In this document: positions 1-12,150 of the stretch, one piece after another
Layout: each line of letters starts with the position of its first letter
Position numbering within the stretch: position 1 is the first letter of the stretch
Origin: Azolla caroliniana
Taxonomy: Eukaryota; Plantae; Polypodiophyta
Assembly: GCA_043228905.1 (NCBI GenBank)
Contig: JBHGNT010000005.1
Location: 13,330,001-13,394,000, forward strand
Direction: 5' to 3'
DNA length: 64,000 nt
Position numbers and translations under genes: made by a program
Notes under the pieces: generated by a model
The model's input: only the letters and a program-made list of their open reading frames with translations
What the model was told of the DNA's origin: nothing
Database searches by the model: none

Positions 1-935
1 TATACCACCCTGTTCCTCAGCGCCTCCGCGAAGTCGCCGCAGTCCTTCCGAATGTGGCCGACTTCATCGCACCACATGCACCTGTTTCCTGCCGCCGGCC
101 GTCGGTCACGAGCCGGTTCGCCACCTTCCCTTCGGGCTTGCGCGATTTGGAGGTCCTTTATCGCCCTCGTCAATTCCTCCAGCCCCGCTCCTCCGGTTGA
201 GCCTCTGACTACGCCGGTCGAAGCCGAACCGGTTTCCAACCATTCTCGGGTCTCTTCCTTTCGCACCTGTGGCGCTGGTTCGAGCTTCCTTGCTGCGACC
301 GAGCCCGACCCGGTTGCCCCGTTATCCGCCCATTCTCGCCGTTTGTCGAAACGGCCACAGACTTTCTTGACAGCCGCCCAGTCGGTAGTGAGCCCGTCTT
401 CGGTTTCCAGCAAGAGGCCCACTTGCTCCCGATCCCGCTCGTCGACCGACTTGACAAACAGCAAGACCCGGCTCGTGTCCAGGATGGTTCGGTCGAGCGC
501 CGAAAGGCGCGCAAAGTTTTCCTCGAACTCCCGGAGGAGTGCTGACGCGTTTCTTCCCTTCCCCGGGGACTCCACCCATTCCATGAACCTTCGCTTCGAA
601 AGCCGGAGCGCGTCGTCCAGCCCGTATTTCTCTAGGAGCCGACCTTCGAACTCCTCCCAGGTACGGCTCTCCGCCCGCACCTCGAGCACCTCCGCATGGA
701 TGCTCGGCATCGCCACTCGGGGAAATCCGGCAAGACGCCTTTCTTCCGGAATGTCCCGCATCAGCATCTCTGCACCGTAGGACGCCAAATACTTCGTGGC
801 ATCCTTCCCATCGAACCGGCCGATCGTGCCGACGACCGCCTCAATGGCTCTGTCGAGGGCACCGGTGCCCTCGCGCGCGTTTACAATCCGGTCCACGGCC
901 GAAGCCATGGCCTCTGCAAGATCCGACCCCCTCAT
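1..935 (-). CDS. gag: gag of family A (partial, runs off the window)
   Basis: The minus-strand frame from ATG at 935 matches the gag at 56555 onward, including the zinc knuckle CMWCDEVGHIRKDC. Confidence 0.9.
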   Translation of the reverse strand, partial: MRGSDLAEAMASAVDRIVNAREGTGALDRAIEAVVGTIGRFDGKDATKYLASYGAEMLMRDIPEERRLAGFPRVAMPSIHAEVLEVRAESRTWEEFEGRLLEKYGLDDALRLSKRRFMEWVESPGKGRNASALLREFEENFARLSALDRTILDTSRVLLFVKSVDERDREQVGLLLETEDGLTTDWAAVKKVCGRFDKRREWADNGATGSGSVAARKLEPAPQVRKEETREWLETGSASTGVVRGSTGGAGLEELTRAIKDLQIAQARREGGEPARDRRPAAGNRCMWCDEVGHIRKDCGDFAEALRNRVV

Positions 936-957
936 CTTCTTCTCTTCTGCCGCCTCC

Positions 958-975
958 TTCACGTCGGGTTCACCA
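958..975 (-). promoter_or_regulatory. Primer-binding site, tRNA-Trp(CCA)
   Basis: The minus strand reads TGGTGAACCCGACGTGAA 4 nt after the LTR end. This is complementary to the recalled plant tRNA-Trp 3' end (..UUCACGUCGGGUUCACCA). Confidence 0.85.
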
Positions 976-979
976 AAGA

Positions 980-1763
980 TGTCTAGATATTTCGCAAGTG
1001 CGTGTGGAAACGAGGCGGGACCGCGGGGGTCTCGAACCAAAGAGCAGGCGAGGGAGGAGAAAGAGAGAGAACCGGCTACGCAGGACCGGGGGTACACAGG
1101 GACACAGCCCTTCAGCACGGAGAACGCGAACAGACACCGACACAGACAGATGTGATTGACTAATACGTATATTAACAAAAATGGCTAACACGACTACAAC
1201 CCTCGATGGGGCACAGGTTGGCTACAACCGAACAGGCCGATGAACAGATGCCGATGCTTGTTCGCTTCGACGCACAAAGGGGTAGCAGGTCGGAGGTGCT
1301 GCCGGAAGCACTCGGGCGTTCCTCGAAACAGCGCGAACCTCCTCGGAACCCTGCATAGAAAAGCTATGGAGCTCAAGAAGGAAGGAAACAGAGAAAGAAG
1401 CGTCCAGAAACGGTCCGACAGCACTTCGTCCTCTCTGCCCGAGATCCCTGCAACAGCTCTTTCCTGCTCCTTATATAGGCCGTCGAGCAGGCCGTCGTGT
1501 CAGCTTTATTCCCTGTCCCTTTTGGACAGGGATCCGCTCCGTTTTTCACGCATCCGCGTAGTTACGCCGCCGACTCGTACAGTTCGCGCGCGCGACCGAA
1601 AAGACTGTTCGCGCGGTCTTTGTCTTCACTTGAGTTAGGGCCCGTTCCTGCCGATTATCCTCCTAATTCGCTTCTATGCACAACTTGGAGCATGCGCGCG
1701 TGAAGAACCGGTTCCCACGCCTTGGTTCGCCGATTCCGCCTATGGACGGTTTTCTTCACGACA
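980..1763 (-). repeat. 5' LTR of family A copy
   Basis: TG..CA termini; homologous to LTRs 55706-56510 and 62232-63037. Confidence 0.95.
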
Positions 1764-2198
1764 ACGTTCTCTCTTGGGAGTGCCGTGATAGCGTGGAGTA
1801 GCAAGAAGCAGCCGAGAGTTGCACTGTCGAGCACCGAAGCCGAGTATAGAGGAGTAGTTGTCGCGACATGCGAAGCCATATGGTTGAAGCGGCTACTTAA
1901 GGATCTACATGTGGAGGTGTCCGATCCGACGACGATGTACTACGACAACCCCAGCAGCATCCAGCTTGCGAAGAACCCAGTCTTCCACGCACGGACCAAG
2001 CACACTGAGGTGCATTACCATTTTTTCCGTGAGCGTGTCTTTTCTAGTGAAGTCGACCTTGAGTATGTTCCGACGGATCGGCAGACCGCCGACATCTTCA
2101 CCAAGCCTCTTGGTTTGAACAAGTTGCGGCAATTCTCGGGTGCGGTTGGGTTGCATCACCTTGATGTGCCGAACTTGAGGGGGAGCAAGCGGAAATAA
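1764..2198 (+). pseudogene. Ty1/copia RNase H (end of pol)
   Basis: WSSKKQPRVALSSTEAEY, DNPSSIQLAKNPVFHARTKH and ADIFTKPL are canonical copia RNase H motifs. Confidence 0.92.
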
Positions 2199-2525
2199 GG
2201 GGAGCAAGCGGAAGAAAGAGCCAAAGCCAACCAAGCATGGGGGAGATGACGCCGTCAAGGGCAAGAAGACCAAAGACGAGTTAGAGACAGGCAACTCGGA
2301 CGAGAGCGAGAACCGATTCGAGGTAGCCGAGTTGGTTCGGATGTTTGATTCAGATACATTGAATCAACCGAGGGCCAAGCGGAAAAGAAGGCGGCAGGAG
2401 AAGCGCCAACACCGCGACAGCAAGGGAGCTATGATGGGTCGTGGCAGAGCAGACAAGCCGATCGGAAGGGTCGAATCGTGCAGAGTCAAACAGGCCAAGG
2501 GTTTAGGTTTAGGGTTTAGGGGGAG

Positions 2526-3004
2526 TGTTAAGAGACAAGCTCAACATCGGCCGGATCAGCTGAGCAAGCCGAGGACTAGATCGGTTGGGACCAATCGGTT
2601 AGGCCGGACCGGTGCGTAAAACGGGTGCGTAAACCGGTGCGTAGGAAGGCCGTATCGATGCGTAAACCGAAAGGCCGTTAGAGAGATATTCCTCGTAAGG
2701 AATAGTTTTGGGAGTAAGAGTCAAAACTCATTTATGAGTAGTCAAGTACTGTCAGTACTTGTGTCAGCCCGACTGTTAGGGCAAGCTTGTATAAAAGTGC
2801 TCACTGAGCACATCCTATGCACAGATTGAGTATTATTTTTGAATTAAGTTCTTTGTCTCTTCCGTGTGTACTGTGCAAATCTAAGCTTTCCATTAAACCT
2901 GCGTTTTCTGTTGTTCGGCTTCCTGTATTGCTTCTGCACGCAATTCTGTTCAGGGCAACATTATTCTGATTAGATTCTTCGAGCCATTCCGTAGCTGCTT
3001 TACA
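2526..3004 (+). repeat. Probable 3' LTR of the copia element
   Basis: Follows the purine tract AGGGGGAG. Starts TGTTAAG, ends CTTTACA (imperfect inverted termini) and contains TATAAAA near 2790. Confidence 0.6.
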
Positions 3005-4212
3005 AACGACTTCTTGGACTTCCCACTCCGATTGTTTACCTTTGCTTCCAATGGTCACCTATTGAATTTCGGGTACATATGTAGCAATTCGGTACCGATG
3101 AGCCACTTGCCTCACTTGTTTCATATTGCGGACGCAGGTCATCGTTTGACTCAGAATTTTCTCTTTGTTGAGTGTCATGTTGAAATTGTCGAGACCCCTT
3201 CGGCTTCTTATTATCATTGAACTGTCGATTACCTTGGTGATTATCATCTTGTCATTGAAAGTTATTAGACTTTCGATTTTCTTGATAATGACCTCCTCTA
3301 TATGGTTCTCTATTAGGATTATTTCTTTGTGGTGAATAATCCCTATCATGATTATTACGACGATAGTCGTTTTGCTAATCGTCATCTCTTCTTAGCTCAT
3401 ATCGTTCATTCCGCCGATATTCATCTCGGCCATAATCATTATCATTTCTACGATTATCATCCCGCCTATTCGAGTAATAACGATCCTCCTCCTAAAATTG
3501 GTTATTTGATCTATTCCTGCTCTCCTAATAGGAATTTTCCAGATGAATTTGTCGAACATGTGGTCTCGTTTTATTAAGAAAATTATATTCACCTTGTTCA
3601 ACCGAATGAGCTTTAGAATGACATATAGTATAATGAGTGTGCGATCTGCATTCCATTGTCGAATGTCCTGTGTTAAGGCAAGTCATACATTGAACTCCTT
3701 GTTGAAATCTGAACTCTTCCATTGTTGGTAAATTGGTATGTAACGCTGACATATTCATGCTATTCTTATTTTTTGTCCAATCCATAGCTAACTCCTTATC
3801 AATCACCTGATCGATTGATTGATCACGAAAATCAAACACTACTAAAGTTGTTTGAAGGGGTTCTCGAATTGCTTCAAGAAATATATCTTTTAATTCTTCA
3901 TCAGGTATTGTCTTGGAAATTTGTAGTTGTAAATTCTGAAATCGGATCACAAATTGTGACACTGTTTCATGGGGTTCCTGGTATACTACATAGAATTGAC
4001 CGATTAGATCCTTCTATGGGACTTGTCTATGAAACAGTTGTATGAATCTAGTAGTTAACTATTCTAATGAATCGAATGCTTTGAGGCCATTCTGGGCAAA
4101 CCAATTTGTTGATGGACCATCGAGAGATAACACAAACTCAACAATTTTAGACTTGGTTTCCGCTATCGCCAACAGTCCATGAGGTCCATGGTTAATTTCC
4201 CATGTTAACATC
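3005..4212 (-). pseudogene. Decayed Ty3/gypsy gag (non-chromovirus, related to the gag at 12500-13350)
   Basis: SKIVEFVLSLDG..FIQLFHR..SQFVIRFQNL..KDIFLEAIREPL, then CMTCLNTGHSTMEC and a second degenerate knuckle; contains stops. Confidence 0.8.
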
Positions 4213-4499
4213 AGGTCATTTGAAACAAGTAATATGTCGCAATTTAAGAACAGTCCGTCCAAAAAAGGCACAAATTAGGTTAGTTCACAAAAAGGACCAT
4301 CGCATGCGTAAAGGGTTTTGGAAATTGAATCAAAATATATTGATTTATACCATGTCCAAAAATTTAGGGCTTTCAAAAAATGCCCCTAATAATCAACACT
4401 TGAAATTTACAAGAGAACTTACAAAAATTACAAAATGACTAGCATGTATATTTATACATATTTGTGAATCGCCATATTGATGTAACATACAATATTTAC

Positions 4500-5948
4500 A
4501 TTTCATATATGAGATCCATCACTTCCCAGAGATACGCCTTCCCCTTTAGACCCACCCGATGAACTAGAAGAGGTTTGTGAGGTCTCACCCTCATCATCAC
4601 TAGCAACCAATGCATTGACTTCATCCAATTGCAATCCAACGTCATCGTGATTATGAGAAATACTCCTTGTTCGTCTCTTTGTTGCGTCAACCAACACATC
4701 TGGGATCTTCTCTTTTGTTATGTTGATTGTAGTCCGTTTTGGTCAAGGAGAAGTCATACACGAGTATGTCAACATTATCAAGTGTTAGAGTAGACGTGCT
4801 TGGTAGATTCTTTCTTCTTCGCTTTCTGCTTGTGCCTTCGACATCCTTAACCATCTCTAAAGAGTACTTCCCAGTAAATGCATCTTTGGAAGACATATGA
4901 TACCAATGAACCATAATGGACTTTACTTGATATACTTAATTTCAATGATTTTGGCAATCTAGAAGGGATGGCCCAACTTATCACCCCCAACTAATGTTGC
5001 AACCAACATACAGACTTGTAGCTCATGTAGATCGCCTTGCCATCTCGCCTCTACATCATGTGATACTCTTGGTCCCGCGTAAATATCTCTTTGTCGTGGA
5101 TGAACTAGATTATTCAATTCAAGATTATCTAGTGGTTGTAAAGCAGTCGTGCTTGCCATTCATGGGCCACCAAGCGACCATTCGAATTGAATTTGTAGTA
5201 GCCTGTACCCTGTAAAGTGGTTATCTAATATTGTATGTTGATGATTAAGGAAGACATCCCACCAATCCACATCCTGATCACCAGGGTCCTATTTGGTTCG
5301 CTCAATATTTTTTTGTTTTTCCTTAAGGCACTGCATCCAATATATCTTTTGCTCTTTAATTGAACTACCAACACCCAATCTTTTATCGTTGTCATGGGCC
5401 ATTTGCTTAGCACCATAGATTATTGCATCTGGGAAATGCAATAAGAGCCTACATCCGTCTTGTGGCTCCCATTGAGTATTGTTTGGCATACAACATGGTC
5501 TGGTTTTGACAAACCACACTTTTTTGGATGAGGAAGACGTGGTTAAAACTTATATTATTAAACGGAGCAAGAACCCTACATCCAGTCCCATCACCATCCA
5601 AACAAAAGCGCTTGAAATCATATAGTTCATCTAAATGTTGCACATCTAGCTTGGGGGTATAAGCTTGAGCGATAAACCTTGATAGCACGGGGAGTGTGAA
5701 AGCATCGCACCTCGCTAATTTCTTGGAGAACCTACTAAACATTTTATCTATGTGATCATCTATATGGCCAACTAGTGGGCAACCTTCAAAAATGTGGCAA
5801 ACAAGTTTTTGTCTGATCCATCCCATCTATATTCAAACACATGTATCTTTCTGGTGATTGAAGCGCTTTTTGACAATGATGCATAACTTTAGATCTTTCC
5901 AACACTTGGCTTTCTCGATGAGCTCTCTCAATAAAGTCTTATATTTTG
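4500..5948 (-). pseudogene. Sola-like DDD transposase, C-terminal part
   Basis: LVGHIDDHIDKMFSRFSKKL resembles the VGHTHxDIDQxFS motif. 5776-5948 duplicates the DGMDQ segment at about 14716-14888. Confidence 0.6.
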
Positions 5949-6516
5949 TGTAGTGTTGCCAAGAATTCCATGAGTTCGTATGTCGTTCCAAACTGCAATA
6001 GTGCGCCGAACTCATGGGCCGTATCCAGAATGTTCAGATATTTTAGGACTTCGCTTTCTACTATGAGCACTCCTTTGCCACATTGAGACTGAGCCGTAAT
6101 GATTGGTTGTGGCTCACGAATTATCTCGAATGTAGTTGTGGGCTCTGTGGGGGCGGAAGTTTCGACTAGTGTGACTGTATCTTTTACCAGTAAGCGCCCA
6201 TCCTTCTGATCTAGCCTATGACGTTTTGGTTTTGGGCTTCCGTGGTTGTGTTCTGGTTTGTGCTCACCCGTTGTTCTCGGTGCTTCGACGGTCTTTGCTG
6301 CTTGTTCCGGATGTGTTGGTTTCACGACGAGGTGGGGGGAAGGTTGTGGTTCTTCTTCCCGATCCGTGGTTGCCAGTTCCACTAGCCGCCATTTCATTGA
6401 TCGTGGCGGGGATGTAGGTTTGCTAGTTGGTGGGGTGGGGAGTCCGCGCGGTGGAAACAGTATCATAAGGTACTATTGAATGATCGGCCTTAGCTTTTTT
6501 CCGGCTAGGTATGCGT
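5949..6516 (-). pseudogene. Extra ORF of element C, middle part
   Basis: GKKLRPIIQ*YLMILFPP.., a Pro/Thr-rich linker, then AHEFGALLQFGTTYELMEFLA (matches AHEMVAIMQFGTSYELVEWLA near 37260). Confidence 0.7.
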
Positions 6517-6730
6517 TGTCGTGAAGATTCGTCACTACGTGCGTATCGTGAGGCAGAACCGTCGGGGTTCTAGACCGGAAGGATTCGAAGTTGCACTAGC
6601 TTTAGCGAGAAAGGAATTAAGATAGATTGAAAGAGAGAGATTGAGATATGCTAGAACGCTCGACTTTAGATTCAGAGAGATTAAGATTGAACTCTTGACT
6701 TTAGATTTGAAGAACAAGATTGATACATCA
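6517..6730 (+). repeat. Truncated LTR of a family A-related element
   Basis: Begins TGTCGTGAAGATT, the terminus shared by family A-type LTRs. The right boundary is uncertain. Confidence 0.55.
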
Positions 6731-7974
6731 ATTGGATAACGAATTTCTTACTTTTAATTTCTTGATTAATACATAGCTTGGATAACGAATTTTCTTCTTA
6801 ATATTAATTTTGATATAAAGTACAAAGCTTGCTTGACAAAAAAATCCCCTTTCATCTTTTTCCTCTCCTCTTTTATAGATGCCCTCATGCATTTGGGGGT
6901 ACAAGACATGCATAAAATACATTTGGCGCTCATGTATTACATGTGGTTCATGATAACCATGTCACTCATTTTAGCTCTCATGTATGAGAATTTACATGTA
7001 AAGTTATAATGATAAAAATATAATCTCTAAAGAAATGGTTTGGCTTAATGGTAAGCCTATTGCTTCTTCTCTTGGAGGTGTTAAGTTCGAGTCTTGTTTA
7101 CATCTTTTTTTTTTATGCACAAAATACTATTAGGCTTTTGGACCAAACATCTTTAAGACACCATGCACCGCGATCAACCGATCCGTCCGATTTGTATTCG
7201 TTTGGTCCGGCCAAGTCTGCATCCCGAGTTCCTTGCCGATCACCGACCGGTCGCTCGATGTTGCCGGCTCACCGGCTTTGTCACTGGTTGCCGCCGGCTC
7301 ATCGGTTCCATTACCAGTTGCCGTCAGTTGCCGACGACGTCGCCGGCTCTGTCGCTGGATGCCAGTAACCAGGTTTACCGACACAGGTCGGTCGCCGATT
7401 CCGTCGCCGGATGTCGTCGCCCAATCGCCGGTCACCGGTTCTACTGTCGGTTGCCACATCCATCCAGTCACCGGTTGCCGGATGCATACGGTCACTGATT
7501 GCCGGATCCATCTGGTTTTTGATTCTATCGTCGACCGGTTTGAGTTTCTTCACCAGTCGGTTCGGGCACTTAGCCACATCCGGCGACTTAGCCACATATG
7601 TCCATCTTCACAAAAGTGGCTTAACTCCAACTATTTTTTATGTGCTCTTAAAACGTAGATGAAATATGATGGATCTCAATCTGCTTATATAGCGGGAGCC
7701 TAAACTTTCCTATCTATGTGGGATATTTCACAGTTTTAGTTTTCTCTTTTCTTTTTTGCAAAACTTTATACCCACATAAGTTGACACTTAGATGTTTGTT
7801 TCTTATGTAGTAAAGTGCATCCGAAAGCTCTTCAAGACCTCCATCTTCCCGTACCAAGATATTAATCTAATCTAAAATAGTATCTTCACTATTATTGTTT
7901 TATATTATTCATACTCGATTTCGTATGTTTTATGCGATTTTCACACTATTGCCGAAAATCTTCACGACAACATG

Positions 7975-8311
7975 TAGTCCCTAACGTGACCCAAAACCGT
8001 TTCCAAAACATCCACATATGAGATGACGAGACATTACCTTCCTCCCAATACTTGTTTCCCGCTGGGACCGACTCGATCTGATTCAACATAAAGTTTCTAC
8101 CCAACGCCACCGAATATGAGAAGAAAGGAAGGATCTTATTCTCTGTGTTAGACATGGACAATTTCCAACCATAATCTGATGGGTCCCACTGCAGATCGAC
8201 AAGTAGCCTAGAGTGTAAAACCCAAATATGAGATGCATAGTTAGCAATTAATGGACTAGGATCGTTCCAATTTTTTTTATCTAATCTAGCAATTACTCTC
8301 ATTTGCACCGG
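7975..8311 (-). pseudogene. Possible LINE (L1-type) ORF2 C-terminal fragment
   Basis: Trp-rich peptide LQWDPSDYGWK..PFFSYSVALGR..FWKRFW recalls the region before the L1 zinc-binding tail. No RT core is present. Confidence 0.35.
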
Positions 8312-8760
8312 TCCAATCATTACTCCCCAATCTACTACGCGACCCTTGATTGTGTTGATGATAATGCCTGCCTTCTATTTCAGCATCCCATAGGCGTTAA
8401 CATGTACGCATCCGACTTCCAATAGGAACTTTGCAATCTCCCAAAAAAATGGATTCGGGATTTTCTTTGTTTTGTATGCCCTTGCAGATGTCGAATATTG
8501 TCCAAAATACTTCTCCAGTTCGTCGGATGGAGGAATTTCGAAGTCCTTCTCACTCCTTGTAGACAGACACAACTTCATCCGGATACTAGCATTTGTCACG
8601 TTGTCGATGTTGAGCTTCTTGGCGATGTCTCGGGCATCGGGGTGATGTGGCGCTTCTGCTACCCAAATGTACCGCTCAAACCCCTTTTCCAGGAGCCATT
8701 TGCGCAAAGCTACCGAGATGGTGATCGGCATCGTGGGTGGACAAGGTTTGTGTGGAGAGT
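8312..8760 (-). pseudogene. Extra ORF of element C, conserved N-terminal domain
   Basis: KWLLEKGFERY..LEKYFGQYSTSARAY..FWEIAKFLLEVG..KAGIII..VDWG aligns with 54571-55090. Confidence 0.75.
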
Positions 8761-8814
8761 GCTCAACGGTTGAAGCATGTGAGTTGCGCTATGTGTGGTG
8801 CCTGCGGTATGTAG

Positions 8815-8881
8815 GAGAGCGAGGAGAGTGAGGAGAACGAGGAGAACGAGGAGAACGAGGAGAACGAGGAGAGCGAGGAGA
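8815..8881. repeat. 9-bp tandem repeat (GAGGAGAAC-type, about 7 units) in the pol/extra-ORF spacer
   Basis: Directly visible. Confidence 0.9.
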
Positions 8882-9129
8882 GTAGAAGGCTAGATGTTGT
8901 TTTCTGTAATGTGCAGAAAACCTTCTGTTTCCTTCTTTTTGTGCCTTAGGGTTCATAGGCCTGTGTGACATCATGGCGACGCGTGTTCTTGTTTTAGGGA
9001 TTTGTGCATTCATAAAGTCCTTTTAATAGTCATGAATATCTTCTCTTTGTTTGTTTCGTTTTTTTTTCTTTCAACAGTAAAGTACAACATTATTGTTACA
9101 TTTGTTACTAGTGGGTCCCGACTACTGAC

Positions 9130-12100
9130 TATGTGGGATCCATCCGCCGTGTCCGTTATGGCGTGCAACGGGTTTGGGGGCGTAGATCCCAAGTAAAGCT
9201 TCAATCGGAATCCGTTCACTTTTTGGTGTAATAGTTCTCCGGTGAGGGTACCTAACTAAAAGGTCCCATTTTCCACCCCAATCTTTCAATACGGCCCTGT
9301 CCAGCGGAATCGTAACTTTCTTGGCATTGGCCCCATGCGCGTTTGAAAGACAAGTACAACTTTCCCAACTTTGAAGTCTTTCTCTTGTGTGTCCCAATGT
9401 CGATCTACAAGCGCCTTACGCCATCGCTGCTCTTGTTCCAATATGGCCATGTTGCGGACCCAACCTTCGCCTAGTCGAGAAGTTGTTGCAGTCGGATCTG
9501 CTCAAACTGGCCTTCCGACAGTTTGTCGCGTACTTGAATCTATAGACTGGGCATATGGAATTCGATGGGCATTACGGCCTCTAACCCAAATGCTAACCGG
9601 AAAGGCGTGGACTGTATACTCGTTTTGTAACTCATTAAGTACGCCCACAAAGCACTGTGCAACTTTGTGTCCTGGTCTGTTCTATTCTCATTCACTATCT
9701 TTTTCAGGATAGTCTGTAGCGTCTTGTTCGTGGATTCTGCTAACCTGTTTTCCTGTGGGTATTATGCCATACTCTTCTTGTGTACTACGACATAATGGTG
9801 CGTGAGTTCGTGGATGACTGAATTCAAGAAACGGTTCCCTTGGTCGCTTATCAGCTCTATTGGGCAACCAAAATGGCACCAGATGTGTTCATAGAGGAAT
9901 CTTGTCGTGGACGTCGCGGTATTGTCCCGTAACAGTTTGGCTTCTACCCACTTTGTGAAGTAATCTATGGCCACAAGAATGAAATTTTTGCGTGTCCGTG
10001 CTACTGCCGACATAAAGGGACTGACAAAATCGAGACCCCGGTTTTGGAACGGGTCAAGAGGGAGTACTGGTTGGTGAGGCATTCTTGCAAGCTCCATAGG
10101 TTGCCCCAAGCGTTGACACAGATCACATTGTTTACAGTATTGATATGTGTCCTTTTGCATAGTTGGCCACGAGAGACCCACTTGCCATACTTTTCTAACC
10201 GTGACATCACCTGAGTAATGTCTTCCGGCCATACCACAATGAGCTTCGCGTAGTACGGATTCCTTCTCATCTTGCCGTATTCCAAACCGCCAAATCCCAT
10301 TGTTGCCTTTATGGTAGAGTAAGCCTTCGACCAGACAAAAGTTGTGGTGGTGGTAGTCTAGTAGTAAAAAAGTAGGTCATCTCCATTAGCCAACGATCCG
10401 GAAAATTCTTTTCTTCTCGTGACACCATGGTCGCGACCCGCAAAATATCAGTGTCGGGAAAGTCATCAACTTGTCGCAACGCGTTATCACTGTTGTCTAT
10501 TCTGCTTAAGAAATCAGCTACGCATGTTGTGTACCTGGCCGATGTTGAATCACGAAGTCGAACTCTTGGAGCAGCAATATCCATATGGCCAAATTCCCTG
10601 TGAACGTCTACTTCTCGACCAAGTAGAGTAATGTCGTCTGGTCTACATGAAACATAAATTTCTGCCCGAGTAGATAATGCTGGAATTTGTTGATGGTGTA
10701 GATCATACCGAAGGCCTCATGCTCAATCGTGGAGTAGTTCAATTTGGGATCTGATAATTTACGACTGGCGTAATAAACCAGTCGGTACCAATTAGGCTAT
10801 GTGAGCTGCATCAATGTGCTACCTATTACGATATCTGAGGTATCTACAAATACGTGAAAAGGTGTCATCCAATTTGGTGGTTGTACGGCTAGTGCTTGGG
10901 TTAGCATTAGCTTCAATGCCTCATACACTTTGTCTTCTACTACCGTCCACTTGGAAGGAGTACGATGTACGACAGCGTGTAATGGAGTTGTGAAATCCGC
11001 CAAGTATCGTAACATACATTCATGCAAGCATATTTGCCCTATGAGGCGACTAAGGGCTTTGGCATTAGTCGGGGTCTTCGCTTCAATGATTGCCGTGATT
11101 TTGTTAGGATCTACTGCTATCCCCTCCTTGCTTACTATATGTCCGAGGAGTGCTCTGTTGATGACATCAAATGCACATTTCGCCGGATTAAAACTGAGGT
11201 ATGACGTACGGCAGCGTTCCAAACAAAGCCGTAGATGCCCCAAACGTTCACCCCGCGTTTCATACACTGCAAAGTCATCGAGAAAACCTTGCATAAATGC
11301 AGGTATATATTCTCCAAAAATCTCCGTAATTGTTCGCTGGAAAGTGGCGAGCACCGTTTTCAGACCAAACATCATTATACAACAACGAACACACCCCAGT
11401 CCATGACGAACGCAATCTTCTCTTGGTCGTGAGGGTGCATATGACTTGATGTATTCGCTGAAGCCATCCAAAAAACTATAGATGTCATGGCCTGCAACGG
11501 CATCTAGTACACTATTTGTAAAAGGTAAGGGAAACACATCCATAGTCGTGGCACCATCGTAGTTCCGATGTTGACTTCTTCTAATGTAAAAGCGGTGACT
11601 CGACGCGCGATTTCCATTTCTTTTTTGAACGCTTCGTGTGACCTACTTAACTCTATTATCGACTCAGGATCAGGCTCGTACTCCTCTTGAAGTGTACTTG
11701 TTGGGGCGTTCCGAATTAGCCCAAGGGGCCTGATGGAACGGGTATCTGCCATACGAAGCCAAAAATGGCATGCTTCCCAATATGTAATGCCCAGTTGAGT
11801 ACACGTGCTTGTACTAATGATGTTTACGCCAGACCCCCCATCGACGATGCATCCCGGTATTTCTTGACCAATTTCACGGAGTCTAGTACTGGCCCAGCAG
11901 TAGTAGATCACCACAATCCGGTCGTTACAATTCCTAGTTTCCGAATTAACCCGAGGGGCCTGATGGAACGGACGTCTGCCATACGGAGCCAAAAAGGGCA
12001 TCCTTCCCAATCTGTAATGCCCAGTCGAGTACACGTGCTTGTACTAATGATGTTTATGGCAGACCCCCCATCGACGATGCATCCCGGTATTTCTTGACCA

Positions 12101-12150
12101 ATTTCGCGGAGTTTAGTACTGGCCTAGTAGTAGTAGATCACCACATTCTA
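9130..12150 (-). pseudogene. pol: pol of element C (PR duplicated in tandem, RT, RNase H, integrase); frameshifted
   Basis: ORF fragments 9762-10232, 10797-11543 and 11504-12034 carry INT, RT and PR motifs. Confidence 0.9.

Larger units (their letters stand above)
1..1763 (-). mobile_element. Ty3/gypsy family A copy (5' LTR + PBS + gag), cut by the left window edge
   Basis: Reverse-complement near-copy of 55706-57490. The LTR 980-1763 ends ..TCTTCACGACA. It is inserted into a copia RNase H region. Confidence 0.95.

Noticed and set aside
6517-7969. 13-bp inverted termini TGTCGTGAAGATT..AATCTTCACGACA suggesting a TIR element
   Set aside because: Both ends are the standard start of family A-type LTRs and there is no TSD, so two truncated LTRs facing each other is simpler.
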